Of a stretch of 64,000 nucleotides of DNA, positions 1 through 13,829 are shown one piece after another. Where the stretch lies: the NCBI GenBank assembly GCA_037379345.1, contig CM074520.1, forward strand, positions 16,347,488-16,411,487, in the 5' to 3' direction. Under the pieces are notes generated by a model, which did not search any database, was not told where the DNA came from, and was given only the letters and a program-made list of their open reading frames with translations. A program made the position numbers and the translations under genes. Source of the DNA: Perna viridis (taxonomy: Eukaryota). How positions within the stretch are numbered: position 1 is the stretch's first letter; every line of letters begins with the position of its first letter.

Positions 1-938
1 GTCTTTTTCTTTGATGAGATATGTATCCTATGCAAGAGTAATCAATGTAATCAAGATTCTAGCGGAAATTAAAAGATCGAGGGACAAAGACCGGACAGGG
101 AAAACGGACACACGCAACAATTTGAAGGTACATAAATAGCCAACAAACAAACAAAAAACAAAAAAAACAAAAACAAAAAAACAAAAAAAACAAAGACAAA
201 AACAAAAAAGATACCTAGTAAAAGAGCGACTCTAATGACCAGGTACAAATTTCAAGTTGTTCCAACCACCCGTTTTAGATTTATTACCCGATTTTATTGT
301 GTTTATTTATAAATCTATGAGCCCTACTATAGCGTGTTTTTTTTTATCTTTTTTTTTATTTTATTTTATTTTATTTTATTTTTTCAGCAGAAACAAAGTT
401 TTGGGATTTATAAAAGCACATTGTTTGTCCTTCTGTAATTCTGTCCATGGAAATCTTATTGCAAGTATGCAAGTTATTTTACCATTATCAATCCTGAAAA
501 AGTCCTTCCCGACATACGATACATGGTAAACGTTTTGAACATCTAAAGGGTTCTTTGAGATTAAATCTATTAAGAGAACGTATTTGAGTAACAGAGTGAA
601 TTCCCCAAAAGGTTATATTCCTTAATTTGTTTAGATATTTATTTTTCAATACAACACACTGCATTTGATAAAATGATTCCATATTATACGCATTCTTGAT
701 TTCAGTGTTAATAAACCACATACTAAATTATTAATCGCCTCATATATCTAAACACAAAGCAATCACACTACACTCAAGATGTTGCTTTTGGTGTTTTACC
801 TTTGCAATTTTAGTCTACTTAACTATACATGTATTTGTGTATTAAATCATTTCATACGATATTGATAATGTTTCATCATACGGTTAATCGTAACTATACT
901 TTATAAAGTAATAATCATTTGAATGCGACAATGAGAAT

Positions 939-1059
939 CTGTGGTCCTTTTCACAAAAAATGTAAAATTAGTCGTAAGTTATGACGACACAATACTTTGA
1001 TGACGTCATAAGTTACGACTAATTTTACACTTAAGATGTTTTTGTGTATAGGACCGCAG
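939..1059. mobile_element. Palindromic MITE
   Basis: CTGTGGTCC...TGTAAAATTAGTCGTAAGTTATGACG / CGTCATAAGTTACGACTAATTTTACA...GGACCGCAG; related copies at 53913-54035, 53682-53763 and 47437-47495. Confidence 0.75.
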
Positions 1060-1261
1060 TTGTTGTACTTTGTTTATTTGTCCTATGACGCAACAGCTTG
1101 GTAATTACACCGAGTTTATACAGTATAATTCCTTCGCCTTAAAGGTGTGGTAATTTATTTCTTTAACTTTACGGTGCATTTCGTAACATACAATAAGTTT
1201 ATTTTTACATGTCGTTTCTTACGGAGCATCAATATTTATTCACGCAGTTGTATGAATGAAT

Positions 1262-1470
1262 GAAATGGGTGTGTACGTGTGTCTCACAAAATTCAATTTT
1301 GTCTCACAAAAGTCAATTTTGTGACACAGAATTGAATTTTTTGACACAAAATTGAAAATTTGTGGTATGTTATATATTTTTTTAATCAGAATTAATTTTT
1401 GTTGAACAAAATTCACTTTCCTCTGTACAAAATTGAATTTTGTGTACAAAACCACAAGAGTCCCATTCGT
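1262..1470. repeat. Array of about 21-22 bp self-complementary units (CACAAAATTCAATTTTGT)
   Basis: Degenerate tandem units, probably the interior of a MITE. Confidence 0.7.
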
Positions 1471-4400
1471 ATTACGTGACGTTACGTATGTTTTATAGTT
1501 GTGATACACATTTTTTGAAGAAAAAATAATCGGTTAACTATGACGATTGCGTTTAAAATTGGTTTTATAATTTTGGGATTTATTCATTCTAATCGGGCAA
1601 GTTATATTTAATTATTTTCCATTGTAGACTAGAAAATATTGCCACAAGTTAGCCATTATTTCATACGCAGTAAACAAACAGATGGTTATTTGGGTCATCA
1701 AATATCCCTACGCTGTTACTTGTATGTCACGCAAGGACATAGAAACTAGAGATAAATTTCATTCTCACTCGACTGATGCGAGATTGAAAATTATCTTATA
1801 GCAAGATCAAAGGGATTTTAAACAAAATATTATTATGAACAAGTTTCTAACCTACTCCTATAGATTTGTATGTTTATTGGCTTCAACTTTAAGTATGTTT
1901 TACACGAGAATTACTTCATTCAGATCAATATGTAAGGCAAATAAGTCTAGCTATTTGTATATTTACCTATAGCTATGATTAAGTATGAATACTTAATTTA
2001 TTTTAAAATTGATAATTTTAATATTTATTGTTATCTATTAAAATATTACTAATAGATAACATTACTAATGTTATCTATTGGTAATATTTATTGTTATTTA
2101 TATATCTAATATATTCAATCTTTTTAATCAGAATCTTGGGTAGGGTATTGGACTGGAGTGGACAGGGAGAGGGCTACCTCGTGCCAACATTTCGCTCCTT
2201 TCTAGAGGCAAACCAGTACATTTTGGAAGGATAGAAAAGGCGGCTTCCAGGCTATCATTCGACCGATTTGTCATAAACATGCAGGAAAATTGAATTATTT
2301 TCAATCAAAAAATGGGTAAGTCCACATCAAGGAATCCCTTTTGATCTGTCACTGCTGTCGTAATTTCCTCGCCCTTTTCCAACAAACTCAAAATGCTCCT
2401 CCGAAGTTTTGGTTGTAAATGAGGTATGTCCGGACCCTTTATTGTAGCTATGATTTCATGCACATTACAACATTATCGGTGCGGGATTTATTTTTGTTTT
2501 GCTTATTGGTTACGTAATATTTTGATAGTCGTCCAATACTTGATTTGATCACATGTTTATCAAATATTATAGAAAATTTAGCTAGTGAATTTCAATTCTG
2601 ACAAATTTAACAAGATACTTTCTTGAGCAATTTTCACTATAAACCTTTCAGATTAGCTTGCTTTTTTAAGTCGCAAGATAAAATTAGATGTGTACATTTC
2701 TAAGACTGGTTGAAATGTATTAATAATTTTCTTTGGTATAAATTTGGGTTATTGGAAATTACAAACAAGTGTTGGCTCCATTAATATACTAGTTATTACA
2801 AAGGTAAGACTTACGTGTTGTTATAATTGCAGGGTTATTTTTATTTATCCCTCAATAAAAAAATTGGAAGACTATAAGACCTATTTTTCCTGTATGAAAA
2901 TATGACCCCCTTTATAAAATGATATTGATATATACAATTTCTTGATAAAGATTTGCACATGGATACAAATTGTACACTGTATATTCGTGAATTGGAAATT
3001 GCAAACCCAGTAAGTTCAGATGATCTGGGCAGATCTAGGATTTCATATTAGGAGTAGGGCATAAATCGAATAAAATGCCTAACGAATATAGACAATGAAA
3101 TATATGGAGTGTAATTTGTAAAAATCAATATAAAAGATATAAATATCAAAAAGGGTTGTTTTGATAAATGCGTCTTTTCTCTAAACGACGTAAAATGGTA
3201 TCGTGCCATAGTCTTCGTATTTTCGTCCTCTTCGTCGTAAGTGTCCGTTAACTTTCTTGGAGAATACTGTGGGTTTTAAAGATTTTGGCCAGTTCCCTTT
3301 GAAAATAAAGAGAGGAAAGAGGGTGTTGTTATTATAACTAGTAGAAATATGTCATTGTTAATCTGATTTTCTGGATTTTTTGGTCAATGTTTATTGAATT
3401 TCGGACTTGTTTTTAGATCAAATGCCTCTGATTTTTATCATTATAATGAATTTTTGTGTCGACAAATTTTGTCATTAATAACAGATATTATGATACCTCA
3501 GAATCGTATTTGGAGTTCATATATGAATTTGAGTTGAAAATAGGGGCACCTCAGCAGTTTTGATATTATTATTGCGTACTATGCAATACTGAGATAATTA
3601 AACCCTTTCTGTCTTTAGAATTATCTACAGTTTTATTTTTAAACAACCAGATTATTCGCTTTGTAAGAATCAGATAAAATGTTCAAACCATGACGAATTA
3701 TTTGGTCTATAAATCAGTAAAAATGTACGTGTTTTTACTCTTTGAACAATTATATTTGCACATACATTTTTTCAGATGCAGTGCATTTTTCCGATGTTGT
3801 AACTTACTTTACCAAAAAAAGTAAAACAAATACTAGTAAAAACAAAATGTGTAACGCTATTTTTGTAGCTCAATTTAATCCATTATTTTGCATCTGATAT
3901 GGCAAAATAGAATATGATTGGAGCAAACACGATTGTCAATATAATTGATTCAAATAAGAACAATAATTCTTCAGTATCTTGTCATACTTTAGAGTTTAGT
4001 CCGATTCAATATAGTTCTCAAATAGACAGTCGGTTCTGATTTACTATTGCAAGGCTTCCTAACGACACACTGTCAAATATACAGCCCGTCTAGTATAACT
4101 GATAGTATTATAATTGTCACTATCATGAACGTAATTTAGTGTGTCGGTTAGTTAAAAAGTAGTGAACAAATGACCCCATGGGATGGGTATATAGAATGTG
4201 TTTATATAATGCAATTTTATTGTCCTTAATGATAAGGTAATGTAGGTTTTTATGATTACAAAGTTAACAGATTTTTTAACAAAAATAAAAAAAAAACAAG
4301 CTCAAAGTGCTTAGTATATACACCAGATTCGCACCAGAACTGCTCACTATCATATTTTAGTATGATTTTTACCCATTAGTTAAACCCTTTGTAAGCGACC

Positions 4401-5201
4401 ATTTAATTGGCTGGCAGAGTTTGTTAAACTTTATTCATTAAGTTTTTCGAGATGCTTTTCATCGATACTTTTAGCCTTATGCTTTTAATTTTTTTTTCTG
4501 TCGTCTTAGTTTACCAAACTTATCCAAAACGTTTGCAAAATGAATCGGTTGTTTGAAATTATAGGCGGGTAATTGCAGTAAGTCAGCCGATATAAATATA
4601 TTAATTATGACATGCACTGCATTGCAGAAATCAAGTATCAATAAGAGATTAAGTCCATGATTATGGATTTTGTTTGTCTGAAAGGCTGAAATAAGTTTAT
4701 TTTATGTGTATATCCAACAAGTATACATATTTTTTGATTTGTGTTTCAATAGTCGTGTTATGTTATCCGTACTATTTACGTTGTTAGCTTGTTTTAAATT
4801 AATGAATATGCGGAAGCACTAATTGTCTGTACATTTGGATATTTGGATGAATCGTAAATTCAGTTTCATGTAGAGTTGATATCTTTGAAAGGCCAAGTAT
4901 ACATTTATGCCTTGTGCACAAGTACTGTTCCGGCTATCTATATATGTATAAAGCTGAACCATTCGGCTATTGGTAAAGTTTTGAATTGATATAAATTTCC
5001 ATTGCGTCTTAACACCAGACAACGGATTAGCTTTCAGATGACAGCTTGACAGATGTTATAAAAGAAAAGAAAAAGAACTGCTCATCCTTTCGGAACACCT
5101 ACTTTTAGTGGGCGTTTGTGCTGATCGTTTTTGTCCATACATTTAGTTTCGTAATAATGGGTTTTTCAAAAGAATGTTATCTTTTTCAGTAGCTGTCTTT
5201 G

Positions 5202-5570
5202 TAAGAATCATGCAAAATCTAGAAAATGTGATACACTCCAAAAAAGGCTACATATCTTTATTTTTGTTATTTAGTTGTTTTATGGGTCTATACCATGAAA
5301 TGTGTAATTATTCATTCAAATCCGCCTGCTCTTAGGAGTTAATCAACATTGAAAATTCAATAGATTCTATTGTATTTGAGTGCCATTTACGGAGTTATGT
5401 CCCTTACTTTTGAACTCTACAGTGTATTCTTTACAATTTTTATCTCCTATGAGCACGGGTCATATGAAAAACCACATGTTAATTTGTGTTTACTAAAGCA
5501 TTTTAAACAAAATATCAAAAATAAAAATATGTAGGCTTTTACCCATGAATCACATTTTACATGATTCTTA
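5202..5570. mobile_element. MITE with 17-bp TIRs
   Basis: TAAGAATCATGCAAAAT ... ATTTTACATGATTCTTA; the internal part recurs inverted at 8209-8385. Confidence 0.7.
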
Positions 5571-6502
5571 GCTGGAGTACTACCTAATATTTTCTCATTC
5601 GTTGTGCCCATATGTTTCCCTTAGTGTCGCATTATCGTATTCCTACCTTCACATTAAGAAACCGGAAAAAGTTGTATTAAAATTGAAGGGGTAACTAGTT
5701 TCTTTCAAATGATGCTGGAATCAATCTTCTTTTTAGATCACGATATCACAACTTATGACTAAGTATCCCTCTGCTTTAAGTTATCCTGTGTTCAGGCCTC
5801 TATACGAAACTTTCACAATGCACATGTACAACACTTTTGCAAGGCTTTTCGGGTGTATTTTACCATCATGCATAAAGAGGTATGGTTTAATACAAAGTTT
5901 AGCTGAAATGAAGTAAAACAGTCTATTTTGTCTAAGAAGGTTTATTCTTATCGAAGTGACAACCTGATTTGAAAAACTAAAACCTAAAAGGTGTTGTAGC
6001 AGTCATACAAGTACACCTGTTTTGAGATCATTAAAGGTACCATCATCTGGTAAATCAGATAGTCAAAACAATCAATGCGAACTGCGTTAATGAACCTAAT
6101 TAGGAAACAAAATAAAAATCGTTGAATTTTGTAAATTGTTGCAAAAGTCTCCTGTTTCTCTATTGACACCAATTTGACTTCAAATCAATATACTATAATG
6201 AGAATGGAAATTGCGAATATGGTAAACAGACAGAAACCCTACCGGGATTAAAGATGTCAGCTAAAGGCCACCAATGGGTTTTCAGTGAATAGAATTGCTA
6301 TTTTAAAGTGTAGACTGATATATGTATAATCTTCATGACTTAATGATAAGAAGCATTGATGATATAATCATTCTTTAAATTTCAAAACTTATACAAACAT
6401 CGACAAACCTTTATGAAGCACTATCGATTATGAATATATCAAATATAACAAAAAAATGAATAGAATAATATTCATATATAATGTTGCGTAAATATGAGGT
6501 TT

Positions 6503-6940
6503 GTCATCCTCCCAAGTGAGGGTTCTAAGTCCACTCTCGCTCCCTCAAACCCCTGACATCACTCATTCATATTTAGCGGGTATCGTCCAGCCAATTCCGA
6601 TTAGTTGCTTCTCCAGGTGCGAAGCGCCAATGAAAATTGATTGTGGAAAGGTAAACAGTGATACGAGTAACTGATAGTAAGATGTCACAAATGATTCAAT
6701 ATGGCCCAAAAATGATAACTGTAGATTCTGTTTTGAAAAAATGACGTTATGTGTATGTAGCCATTTTGTAAGTTATATCAAAGAGTTTCTATTACGAGTT
6801 ATTTGATTGGATTTTGGATCGGGTTAAATTTAGGTAACTCACCAGATGGCGCTGGACAGTACCCGCTAAACATGAATGAGTGATGTCAGGGGTTTGACGG
6901 AGCGAGGGTGGACTCAAAACCCTGACTTGGAAGGGTGGAC
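6503..6940. mobile_element. MITE with about 90-bp TIRs and 4-bp TSD GTTT
   Basis: 6503-6590 is the imperfect reverse complement of 6851-6940; GTTT at 6499-6502 and 6941-6944. Confidence 0.8.
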
Positions 6941-7633
6941 GTTTGTAAAAGCTGATTGTTTCATTTAGTTAGATTTAAGTTTCAAATTGATACTGAAATG
7001 AAAATAAAACATTTTTGTAATAATATTAAAATTTTCTGATATAATTTTTAATACAATGAACGACGAGGAAATCTTTACGCCTCAGGACAGACTGCAGCTG
7101 GCCAAAAACAACATTTTACACAGGTGCAGCGAAATAGGTGCCCTTATATACTACAGCATTAGTAAATTATATTCATATGAATGAATACAGGGGTATTGTT
7201 ATAATTTTTAGATGCTAGATTAATAAATGTATATTAAAATACAGGTGTTTAGTAAATTATATTCATATGAATGTATTTAATTGATATTTCATGCCGATAA
7301 AAGTAATTGTTCATTGTGTTGCAATTTTTAATTTATTTCACCGTTCGGATAGTGCTCTTAGGTAAATAGGTGTGACAACTACAAGTCAAATGAATTGTAA
7401 GTAAGTTCATGTTGAAAATTTAAGGTACTAAAGAAAAGTAAGCATGCCGAAAATGTCAGACCGGAAATTAAAATTGAAGTTAATACACAAAACAAACTAA
7501 TATTTAAAAAAAATTGAGAACTAGAAATGATATATTTGATAATTGTCCGCTAGCATTTTCGGCAAATTTATGGCACGCGACAGTAACAAAAATTCGATAA
7601 TCTGGGTTTATCGCGCATAAACTATATCGCACG

Positions 7634-10600
7634 CTAATTATAGTTTACGGTCGATAATCTTTGTTTATCAATGTAAACTATAGTTACCGTGGCGATGAAT
7701 TCTCTGGCACCATTGATACCTATCTGTTGTGCCGGTTCGTCAATGGTAGCTGTTGGGACATCTACAGCTGCTGTCGATGAAGAATCCCCCTGTACCATTT
7801 GCTGGGTCCATATCATCTGGGGTGTCTTGTTTCCCTCTGTTCTTATTCTATGATTGTTGTGGGGTGCCTGCCAATTTTGAAGAGGCTGGTCAATTATCTT
7901 TACAAACACATACTGCAGACAAAACACGTGTATGTCATTGTTAATGTCTAAAATTGAACGCTGCTCCATGAAGTCAAATAATTGATAATAAAAGTGCAAG
8001 ACCTTTAAAAAGACATCACGCCAAAGGCTTTCAATTCTTTGGTTGTGGACAGATTTTCCTGTAATGAAACTTCCACGACCTTCTCCTCGTACTGTATTCA
8101 TAAATTCTTCAACCTTAACAAATTCCGTCCCGTGATCTACCATTACACGACTTGGCACACCATGCTTCCTCGCACCTTCCAAGAAGAAACATATTGTAGA
8201 TTTAGAAGTGTGCTCTTAAAAGATAAAAATTACATAGAATGCACTGTAGATTCAAAAAATAAGGGAGATAACTCTGTAAATGACACTCAAATACAATAGA
8301 ATCTATTCGATTTTCAATGTTGATTATCTCCTAAGAGCAGATAAATTGGAATGAATAATTACATATATCATATTGTAGACCCATAGATTCTAGACAAGGC
8401 AATTTGTTGAGGACTTAAAAAAAAAATTTTCAGATATGCAATGTTCATGTAACAGTCCTTACCTGACAAGGGAGTGATGAGAACTTAAATGCTGTTGGAA
8501 CACTGTGCTGTTGTCTCTGAATTGTTCTAGACCATCTCATAGCAGTTCCCGCACTGTCAATATCTGCAAGTAATCGCCGACACTTGTACCATCAGATCCT
8601 GGGTTGTTTGGAAGTATGCGCCACCTACAAATATAAAAATGAATTGATAGTTATCATGTTGATGTAGATATTTTCTACGTTATTGAACACTGATAACTTT
8701 ATTTTACATGTGTTGTTATATCACCTACACTTGTACATGTACACTGTACCAGTTACTGGTACAGTAAATGGACAAACTTGTTAATAGACAAGTAACAGTT
8801 CAAGGAGTTTATGACAAATATCATATACCGGTACATGTATATTTACATTTTACTTTGTCGGATCTTCATGGATGAAATTTTACTTACAATGAACATTATA
8901 CATGTACTGTAAGCATTTAACCATTGGAAAACTGTCATATCATATCACTTGCATGTTTACAATGGACTTGAAAAATATTACTTTTAATAGAGGAAGAGAC
9001 TTCTGTTTTTAAACATCATGTTCAGATTGTGATGGCCTCCTTGTCTTTTAAGATTCTTTCAAAGCTATTGAAGCAGTTTGTTTTAATATGTGCATACATT
9101 ATTTCCAGATCAAATGATGACATTTTCAAGGCTCTAGATACTAAAATAGGACTATTTTGAAGTATGACCCATTGTTTTAATTACATAAACATTTATATAG
9201 TAAATGTAAATTAATGTGAACTACTAGTAATATGAAGAAAATTAGATTGATTTATAATACATGGATACAGGGGTTTCATTGACAAGAGAATAATTGGAAA
9301 TATGAATTTAGTCTAAAAAAAGAAAATAAAACATATCAATTTAACAAATACACGTGCAAATTGGACAGATCCAAGGCATTGATCTCAGGGTCATATAGCA
9401 TTATATTGCCCTGAGAAGGCTGATACTACATTACAGGTAGAGTCTTATATGATGATAATTGTCCGAATCCGTTATTATGTCATTATGTCCGACCTGTCGG
9501 TCAATTAAGGGTAATAAATATCCGTAATTTTTATTGCCCTGTTTCCTGCCGTGGGGAGGTCGTAAATACGTACTAGTGGTAATTAAATCTTACCTGTTTA
9601 CTTCAGATTTTGGTTAGTTTAATCCAGTTTTTAAATCAATAAATCTTAACATATATGTATATATAAATCATATGTATGCATTTTGTTTTTTTTTCTTGGC
9701 TCAAAATACATAATGATTCTATAATGTCTGTGTAATTATTTTTGAATAAATACATGTAGAACGTCCGGTAATGAAACTACAATGTATTGTTTGTAAGAGT
9801 AATCAAGGGAACCAAGGTTATAGCGGTAAACAAAAAATGTAATCCAGCGACAAAGACCAGACATGGAAAACAGACATACACAACAAAGAACATAAACTTT
9901 AAATTTTAAACTGTAAACTTTAAATTACATCCCCATTACTATAAATAGATTGAAATGCACATGTGAATTTTTATTCAATCTATTAGGGTAAACTTACAGA
10001 CTTAGGCACGAATTATAGGATATTATTATGTAAGTAAATAATATTGTATAATTGCCGTGACAAAGGAGGAAGAATACAGAAACAAATGTTGTATAATCAA
10101 AATAAAATGTTTAAGAATTGTGTTTGTTAAATGAATAGCTAGACCTCTGCAGGCGACGGACAGTTTACATACAGCAGCCAACTTTTTTTTCAATAATATT
10201 ACTAAAATACTAAAATGCAGTTATTTCAAAAATAAATGAGGAAAAGTATCCCCCAAATAAAGATTTTTTTATACTATGAGCATGTAAATCAACTAGACTA
10301 CGAGTTATTAAATATTATACGCTCAGCCTGCAAAGATATTTTAAGGACATGCATTTTTTAAAGGATCGAAAATAACTTCTCATAGAGTTCAATACAGGGG
10401 TATTGTTATAATTTTTAGATGCTAGATTAATAAATGTATATTAAAATACAGGTGTTATCAGGATGCTATCTGTAAATCTTAGGGAGGACACTTCACTGTA
10501 AATAGTTTTCAAAAATCATATCTTACTTGAAGAAGCTTGAGGTGTTTGAATAACCTGTGTTTAATACTGGAAACATGTACATGTATGTGTTGGGTACCTA

Positions 10601-11055
10601 CATTGTACTTGTGTTTGCTAATGTTCTTTGTTTTACTTATGTAATAGTATGACTTTGTTCGTAGTACTAATTCTAGGGGAGTGAAATCTTTCTCATAATG
10701 CAAGTGCCTCTTATATGCATGTGCATGTGTGATGTTTTAAATTAACGCCCACAATGTTTCATCACAATTGAGTGAAAAGGTTATTATTAGTCTGACTAAC
10801 TGTTTGGGATTGAATAGGGGTGGTAATAAAATGTAACACATACCTGAATTAGGGTGATAGATGTAATTTCTAATGATAGTAGTCAGTTCTACATCTGTTA
10901 TGTTGGTAAATTTCTCAGAAGCAGGAAGGCCATTTTCTGTCAATCTCTGATATATTGTGTTAGGATGAACAACACCTCCAAGAAGACCATCTTCAGCAAT
11001 TTTCTTGACGGTGAATCCGAACTTCTGAAGTCTGTCAACCTCTGTTATGTTAATG
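7634..11055 (-). mobile_element. Intron-containing DDE (integrase core) transposase, IS3EU-like DNA transposon, decayed
   Basis: ORF 7634..8182 PSRVMVDHGTEF...GRGSFITGKSVHNQRIESLWRDV. Upstream exon about 8463-8624 (LADIDSAGTAMRWSRTIQRQQHSVP). HTH-like exon about 10843-11055 (FTNITDVELTTII...HPNSG, then gtatgt). The first catalytic Asp segment appears lost. Confidence 0.75.
9795..9895 (-). mobile_element. Penelope-like extreme 3' tail fragment (family A)
   Basis: AAGAGTAATCAAGGGAACCAAGGTTATAGCGG...; a diverged copy lies at about 34-120. Confidence 0.75.
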
Positions 11056-11059
11056 TCTA

Positions 11060-12816
11060 AATCGCTTAAAAAGATGGTGGAAGGGCAGAGTGGACTCGTA
11101 TGGACTCTGATATTTTTTGGGTTTTTGACTGGTTTCCAGCCACCTCAGAACTCTATAATTCACACCAAAGCTATAAAACCAGAATACTTGGGATTTTATC
11201 CATGCACAAACATATTTTACTACCAAGAAACGATTATGCGCTGAAAAAAAACTATACCCTGACCCCGCTGGTAAACCAAATATGGCCGACCTTGACATCA
11301 CAAACAAAATAAAAGCAAATAAAAACGTTCGAAACGGCATTTCCATCTTACTCCTTTGCCTCAGCGGAGATGTAGTCAGTAAGCCGGGACCAAACTACAA
11401 AAATCCTTGCAAAGTTTGCGCCAAACCAACAAAGAAAAATAAAAAAAGGCTGCAATGTGAAGAATGTTGGTACTGGCACCACACAAAATGCCTAAATATT
11501 TCAAATCAGGAATATGACAATATAAAGGAAAAACTGATAACTCACAGTTGGTTTTGTAAACCTTGTTTATTGCCTCAATTTAGCGATTCTTTCGTTGAGG
11601 AACAAATTTGTCAATCAGCTGATTTCGATTACCTCCCTTAATCAACTTCCGGTGGTGAAAACATAAACAACTCAGACGACCACATGGACATTTTTGAAGA
11701 ACTCTGTACAATCCGAAAAGGTAATTCAAGCAACCTCATATGTGGTTACATGAACATCAATAGCATCCGGAACAAACACGATCATATTATTGATTTACTA
11801 GGGAGAAATCTACTCGCTATTCTTTTCATATCTGAGACAAAAATGGACGAATCTTTCCCAGATGCCCAATTTAAGATCGATGGATACTCAATGTGGAGAT
11901 CCGATAGAAATCATTTCGGCGGGGGAATAATGGCATACATGAAATCAGACATTGCCGGTGATAGAGAAAGAAAATATGATTTTAAAAACATTGAATCCAT
12001 TGGTATAGAAATACGATCAAAAGATACAGAATGGTTTTTTGTGGGGTCTACAAACCGCCCAGCATGGTAGATGAGCAATTCCGCATGGATTTTAGTTCTG
12101 TTTTAGACAAAATTATAGCAAATTACACAATGTGTAAAAATTAACCAAACTCTCAGCTCAATGAAAAATATTTACAAAGGGGTACCACAAGACTCTATTT
12201 TAGGACCTATTTTGTTCAATGTTTTCATCAACGATATATTTTATTTTGTTAAACATTGTTCTCTGTACAATTATGCAGATGATAACACTTTGTCAAAATC
12301 GGATAAAGCTATTGATGTTGTATTTAAATGTCTACAAGATGATAGCAAACAGTTAATTGACTGGTTTTCCTATAACAAGATGCAGGCAAACCCAGAGAAA
12401 TTTCAGGCCATATCTCTTGGGAAGAAAACTCATGATAAACAAGTTATTTTTGATGTAAACGGTATTTCCATTTCATGTGAAGAAGAAGTTAAATTACTGG
12501 TAGTTACTTTGGATTTTAAATTAAATTTTAATACTCAAATTTCAAATATATGTAAGAAGGCTGCAAGGCAATTAAATGTTCTCAAGCGTATTGGTAAAAA
12601 TTTAACTAGGCTTGGGAAACTAACCATTTATTATTCTTTCATTATGTCAAATTTTAACTACTGCCCTTTGACCTGGCACTTCTGTAGCGAAACAAATTCA
12701 GCAAAAATTGAGAAAACTCAAGAACGTGCCCTCCGTTTTATTTATTACGACTTTGACAGTACATATGTTTCGCTTTTGGACAAATCAAAATTACCATCTC
12801 TGAAAACAAGAAGGAT
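11060..12816 (+). mobile_element. CR1/L2-group non-LTR retrotransposon remnant (2A-like motif, PHD finger, APE endonuclease, RT C-terminal half)
   Basis: ORF 11282..11641 PHD (CKVC...CEECWYWHHTKC...WFCKPC). ORF 11684..12070 APE (NINSIRNK, SETKMD, RSDRNHFGGGI). ORF 12161..12841 RT (GVPQDSILGPILF, YADD). EN is joined directly to mid-RT near 12130. Confidence 0.92.
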
Positions 12817-13365
12817 GCTCGTTAATATAAGGCACCACTAAATTCACTATCCAATTATCTGAGGTCGGGTAAAAATGTATAACTCTTTGAGTCAAAAAGC
12901 AAATTGTTTTTGCTCACAGACAACGGAGTCAATATACCTATACAAGCACACACAAGATTCACATGACAAATAACGTATTAAATCCACTTCACCTAAAGGG
13001 GTTCAAAACTGCAAATCTATTATATATAGACATTCAAGGGAGATTTTACTTTGCAGTGGTGCAGATTTTCTGGGATATAGTTAAGGAGAAAGTTTTTAAA
13101 GGGTATGATATATTAGCAGTAAACTCCAAGATAGGATATTTATGGTGGGACTTGTCAACAAATCCAGCCATATGACAGAATCATCAGTTTACTTCAACAT
13201 TTAAACAGGTCTATGACAGCATTGTTAATCTTTTGAATTTGAAATAGTTGCTGACTTGAAATATTTTTATGTAAGAAAATTTAAACAGTAGTATTTACAG
13301 ATGGGCGATACAGTGCTAAGAGGGGCACAAAAACTACTAAAAAACAACACAAATACCAAGGAGCA

Positions 13366-13486
13366 AAATGCCTGATTGAAAAACTCGCAAATGAATCAAA
13401 ATTACTCAAAACGTATAGTTTCATTAAATGCCTGATTGAAAAACTCGCAGATGAATCAGAATTATTCAAAACGTATAGTTTCATTA
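13366..13486 (+). repeat. 60-bp tandem duplication (2 copies)
   Basis: AAATGCCTGATTGAAAAACTCGCA...CAAAACGTATAGTTTCATT occurs twice. Confidence 0.9.
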
Positions 13487-13829
13487 TCAAAAGGCAAGAA
13501 ATAAGTGAATTTATTTAGAGAATTAACGAAAATAATGCCACTAACTGCCAGAGCTCTGCAAAAATAATGATAACATTTGTACTCGGCAGTAATATAGCGG
13601 ATCCAGAAAGAGCATTTCTGCATAGTCAGCTTGATTAAGGAGATAAGTACGTGGCTCGACGTCGACGGCTTAGCGATCCATATGACCAAGAAAGTGAACT
13701 GTTAACTAACCGTTCTGAGGTTGTGTAATTTGGCGCTACATGTATTCTGAATGCTCCGTTATAAAAAAAACCTAGACGAATGCAATACAGCTACTGCTTT
13801 AAAAATGAAAGGAGACTTGTATATTGGCA

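Noticed and set aside
257-529. 90-aa Phe-rich ORF and similar short ORFs throughout the track
   Set aside because: They derive from poly-T or low-complexity AT-rich sequence, with no motif or splice support
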